From positions 1-28,316 of the forward strand of contig CAXGWI010000031.1 of the NCBI GenBank assembly GCA_964013405.1: a stretch of DNA of 28,316 bases, read 5' to 3'. A program made the translations under genes and the position numbers. The notes beneath the pieces are model-generated. The model had not been told where the DNA came from and did not search any database. It saw only the letters and a program-made list of their open reading frames with translations. Shown one piece after another: positions 25,902 through 28,316 of this stretch. Position 1 is the stretch's first letter. Every line of letters starts with the position of its first letter. This DNA comes from an uncultured Myxococcales bacterium (GTDB lineage Bacteria; Myxococcota; UBA4151).

Positions 25902-26683
25902 GCCAGGACCCGAATCAACTCACGTTCCTCGAGCACTTAGATGAGTTGAGAACTCGACTCATCCGAGCGATCGCCTGCGTCTTGATCACGGGCATTGCAG
26001 CCTTCGTCTTCAAGGAGGAGTTGTTTGAAATCTACAAGAAGCCGCTCCTCCCGCTCCTTGAAAAAGACCCCGATCTCCTTGTGGTTCTGAGCCCGATCGA
26101 GCCCTTTTTGGTCTACATTAAGATCAGCGTGGTGACGGGCATTTTCATCGGCCTGCCGTTCTTACTCCGAGAGCTCTGGGCCTTTCTGGTGCCCGCATTG
26201 TCACGGGATGAGAAGCGGGCAAGCCTGCCATTTTTACTGGCGGGGACCACTTGCTTCATGGCCGGTGTCCTCTTTTGTTACTTCTTGGTCCTCCCCGCAG
26301 CGCTCACGGTCTTGCATGACCTGCTGCCGCCCACCGTGAACGCCTCCTATTCGATGGCGCTCTTCTTCAATTTTATCACGGCCATGCTGCTCGCCTTCGG
26401 CTTGGCTTTTGATCTGCCCGTGCTGATGGTCTTGTTGGCGAAACTTGGGATTCTGCACCCGGCCTGGTTGGCCCGCTACCGCCGCTATGTGGTGGTAGGA
26501 CTCTTTATCCTCGCTGCCATGGTCACCCCCCCTGATCCCTTTACCCAAGTGGCCATGGCGCTGCCCCTGTGGCTGCTCTTCGAGATCGGTCTGGTGGTCA
26601 GTCGCCTGGTAATCGCCGCCAGCCCGGTCCCGGAGGCAGAGTCCGAAACTCCAGAAGCTGGAGCGAGCCCCGAGTCGGGCTGA
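25898..26683 (+). CDS. tatC: Twin-arginine translocase subunit TatC
   Basis: [52 protein letters not shown] overlap with tatA. Confidence 0.96.
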   Translation: MSQDPNQLTFLEHLDELRTRLIRAIACVLITGIAAFVFKEELFEIYKKPLLPLLEKDPDLLVVLSPIEPFLVYIKISVVTGIFIGLPFLLRELWAFLVPALSRDEKRASLPFLLAGTTCFMAGVLFCYFLVLPAALTVLHDLLPPTVNASYSMALFFNFITAMLLAFGLAFDLPVLMVLLAKLGILHPAWLARYRRYVVVGLFILAAMVTPPDPFTQVAMALPLWLLFEIGLVVSRLVIAASPVPEAESETPEAGASPESG

Positions 26684-27215
26684 CCTGAAAACGAACCACG
26701 GCGTGGTCGTCCACCGGATCTCTTCCCTGATCGTAGCCACGACGCCCAATGACCAGGGTGCATTGGTAACGCCAACAAAAACCAGTCCAGCGAGCCAAGT
26801 GCCGAACATCATGGCGCCATTTAAGTGGGACCGGCTCGGTGCCATCGACCTGGGAAGCCTCCGGTCGCAGCGCCGCAAAATCATCGAGAAAGATCGTCAT
26901 GGGCCGACCGATGGGGACAAGCCGTTCAAGTAGGCCCGCCACGGCCTCATAGCTACGGGGTGACAAGACGAGAAAACTCGCTTCCCCGTCCAACAAGCGG
27001 TCGAGACAAAAGCTTAAGGGATCAAGCCACAACACCGAGCAGCCCCGACGGTGAAGGTGTTCGGCCCAGCGCCACAGCCGTTGTTGACGCCGTTCAGGGT
27101 CAGGCCCTGACACGCTGACCAGGCGCCCCCGCGGCAGGATTTGAGCGCCCAATCGGGCCATCGCAGGTTCGGGGATCTCGTCGCCCTGTGGTCGAGCCCT
27201 TGTCCAATCGAGCAT
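26598..27215 (-). CDS. Degenerate RecA-fold protein (Walker A lost; ImuA-like)
   Basis: ATG 27215 shares its first base with the comM TGA (TGATG). LPRGRLVSVSGP, G.SVLWLD, LVLSPRSYE, IFLDDFAALRPEA and CTLVI match the RecA core in order, but GPDPERRQQ replaces GPESSGKTT. Confidence 0.7.
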   Translation of the reverse strand: MLDWTRARPQGDEIPEPAMARLGAQILPRGRLVSVSGPDPERRQQRLWRWAEHLHRRGCSVLWLDPLSFCLDRLLDGEASFLVLSPRSYEAVAGLLERLVPIGRPMTIFLDDFAALRPEASQVDGTEPVPLKWRHDVRHLARWTGFCWRYQCTLVIGRRGYDQGRDPVDDHAVVRFQVSPTRGSLQLLEFRTLPPGPGWRRLPGD

Positions 27216-28316
27216 CAAGCCGCACTGGCCAGGGACTGCAGTGGATTCGCCGGCCGAAAGGTCATCGCCTCCACAAGATGGTCGAGGTGCAGGTGTGCTT
27301 TGGCCTCCAAGTCGGCGATGGTCCGACTCACCCGAAGCAGACGGCACAAGCCCCGTGGCGACAACAAATGTCCATCCAGTGCCCGACATAGAAAGTCATT
27401 AATTCGCTGATCACCATGGGCAAGAGCGAGACTTTCTCGGGCGCCCAAATCGCCATTGGCACAGCCCTGCCGATCCAGCGCTAATTGCCGGGCATCCTCC
27501 ACCCGCGACCGCATCGCCACGCTGGTCTCAGCGGCGGAGTCATCAGCCCCGAGGACTTGGCCAGAACTCGGGGCATCCAACATCATCTGCAGGTCGATGC
27601 GGTCCATGAGCGGGCCACTCATCCGTTCCTGATAGCGGGCCACCGAGGGCGGTGAACAACGACAGCCCCGTTGCTCACTGCCCCAATAGCCGCAGGGACA
27701 AGGATTGGTCGCCGCGACCAAGATAAACCGAGCCGGTAACTCCATAACGCCCTCCGCCCGCACCAAACTCAGCCGGCCCTCCTCAAGGGCCTGGCGCAGA
27801 CTCTCGATGGCATTGCGGCGAAATTCGCCCACTTCATCAAGGAACAAGACGCCGCCATGAGCGCACGTCGCCTCGCCGGGCCTCAGGGGTCGTCCGCCAC
27901 CGACAAGCCCAGCACTGGTGACACTGTGGTGGGGGCTCCTAAAGGGGCGCTGGCTCGCGATGTTGGCGGTCATCCCAGTCACGCTGGCAACCCGTAGAAC
28001 CTCGAGGCGTTCCTCTGGCCCCATCGATGGCATGATCCCTGGGAGCCGGCGGGCCAACATGGTTTTTCCGCAACCGGGCGGGCCGCTAAGCAACAGGTGA
28101 TGGGCGCCACTGGCCGCGATCATCGCCGCCCTTTTTGCCCGCTGTTGCCCTCGAATTTCGCTAAAGCAGTAGCTTGTTGGCCCACAGGTCGGAGCAGCGA
28201 CGGAACCAAGGCTTTGGGGCTCCCCCTTTCCCTCCAACCAAAGAAAGACCTGCCGCAGGGCCTTAAATCCGAGGACCTCAATGCCATCGACCAGGCTGGC
28301 TTCATGGGCATTTTCA
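27215..28316 (-). CDS. comM: ComM/YifB Mg-chelatase-like AAA+ ATPase, 5' part outside the window
   Basis: IRGQQRAKRA, GPPGCGKTMLARRLPGIMP, RPFRSPHHS, GEATCAHGGVLFLDE, AATNPCPCG, SGPLMDRIDL, LSPRG..LRVSRTIADL. The frame stays open upstream of 28237 to the window edge (ENAHEASLVDGIEV). Confidence 0.95.
   Translation of the reverse strand, partial: ENAHEASLVDGIEVLGFKALRQVFLWLEGKGEPQSLGSVAAPTCGPTSYCFSEIRGQQRAKRAAMIAASGAHHLLLSGPPGCGKTMLARRLPGIMPSMGPEERLEVLRVASVTGMTANIASQRPFRSPHHSVTSAGLVGGGRPLRPGEATCAHGGVLFLDEVGEFRRNAIESLRQALEEGRLSLVRAEGVMELPARFILVAATNPCPCGYWGSEQRGCRCSPPSVARYQERMSGPLMDRIDLQMMLDAPSSGQVLGADDSAAETSVAMRSRVEDARQLALDRQGCANGDLGARESLALAHGDQRINDFLCRALDGHLLSPRGLCRLLRVSRTIADLEAKAHLHLDHLVEAMTFRPANPLQSLASAA

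Noticed and set aside
26598..27389. Functional recA, or an imuABC mutasome cassette; 58-aa longer start at 27389
   Set aside because: Walker A and catalytic residues are absent and no imuB/dnaE2 follows. The longer start lies inside comM, whereas ATG 27215 gives a TGATG coupling.

Overview
GC-rich (about 60% by eye), gene-dense bacterial chromosome segment. It is most likely from a Myxococcota/deltaproteobacterial-type organism (inference from carD/cdnL-ispDF synteny and Cys-rich 'DAGP' lipoproteins). Housekeeping and envelope genes: carD(cdnL)-ispDF plus a membrane protein, crcB, dnaJ, exbB-exbD-tonB with an alpha/beta hydrolase and a DHH-like protein, mgtE, a hybrid PAS/GAF histidine kinase, glpK, pssA, tatA-tatC and a partial comM. 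No rRNA, tRNA, CRISPR array or mobile element was seen. Two elements stand out. (1) A tightly coupled 10.4 kb operon (9568-20018) with two tandem paralogous lipoprotein pairs [Ig-like/PKD/YfaP-like protein + Cys-repeat/multi-PPC protein] and a basic beta-repeat secreted protein; it has no recognisable catalytic domain and shows nested Cys-module insertions. (2) A catalytically dead RecA-fold gene translationally coupled (TGATG) to comM, with no imuB/dnaE2 after it. Smaller oddities: a motif-permuted DHH protein, charge-swapped ExbB channel residues, and a structured mgtE leader with a uORF. All family calls come from motif recognition by eye; no searches were run.
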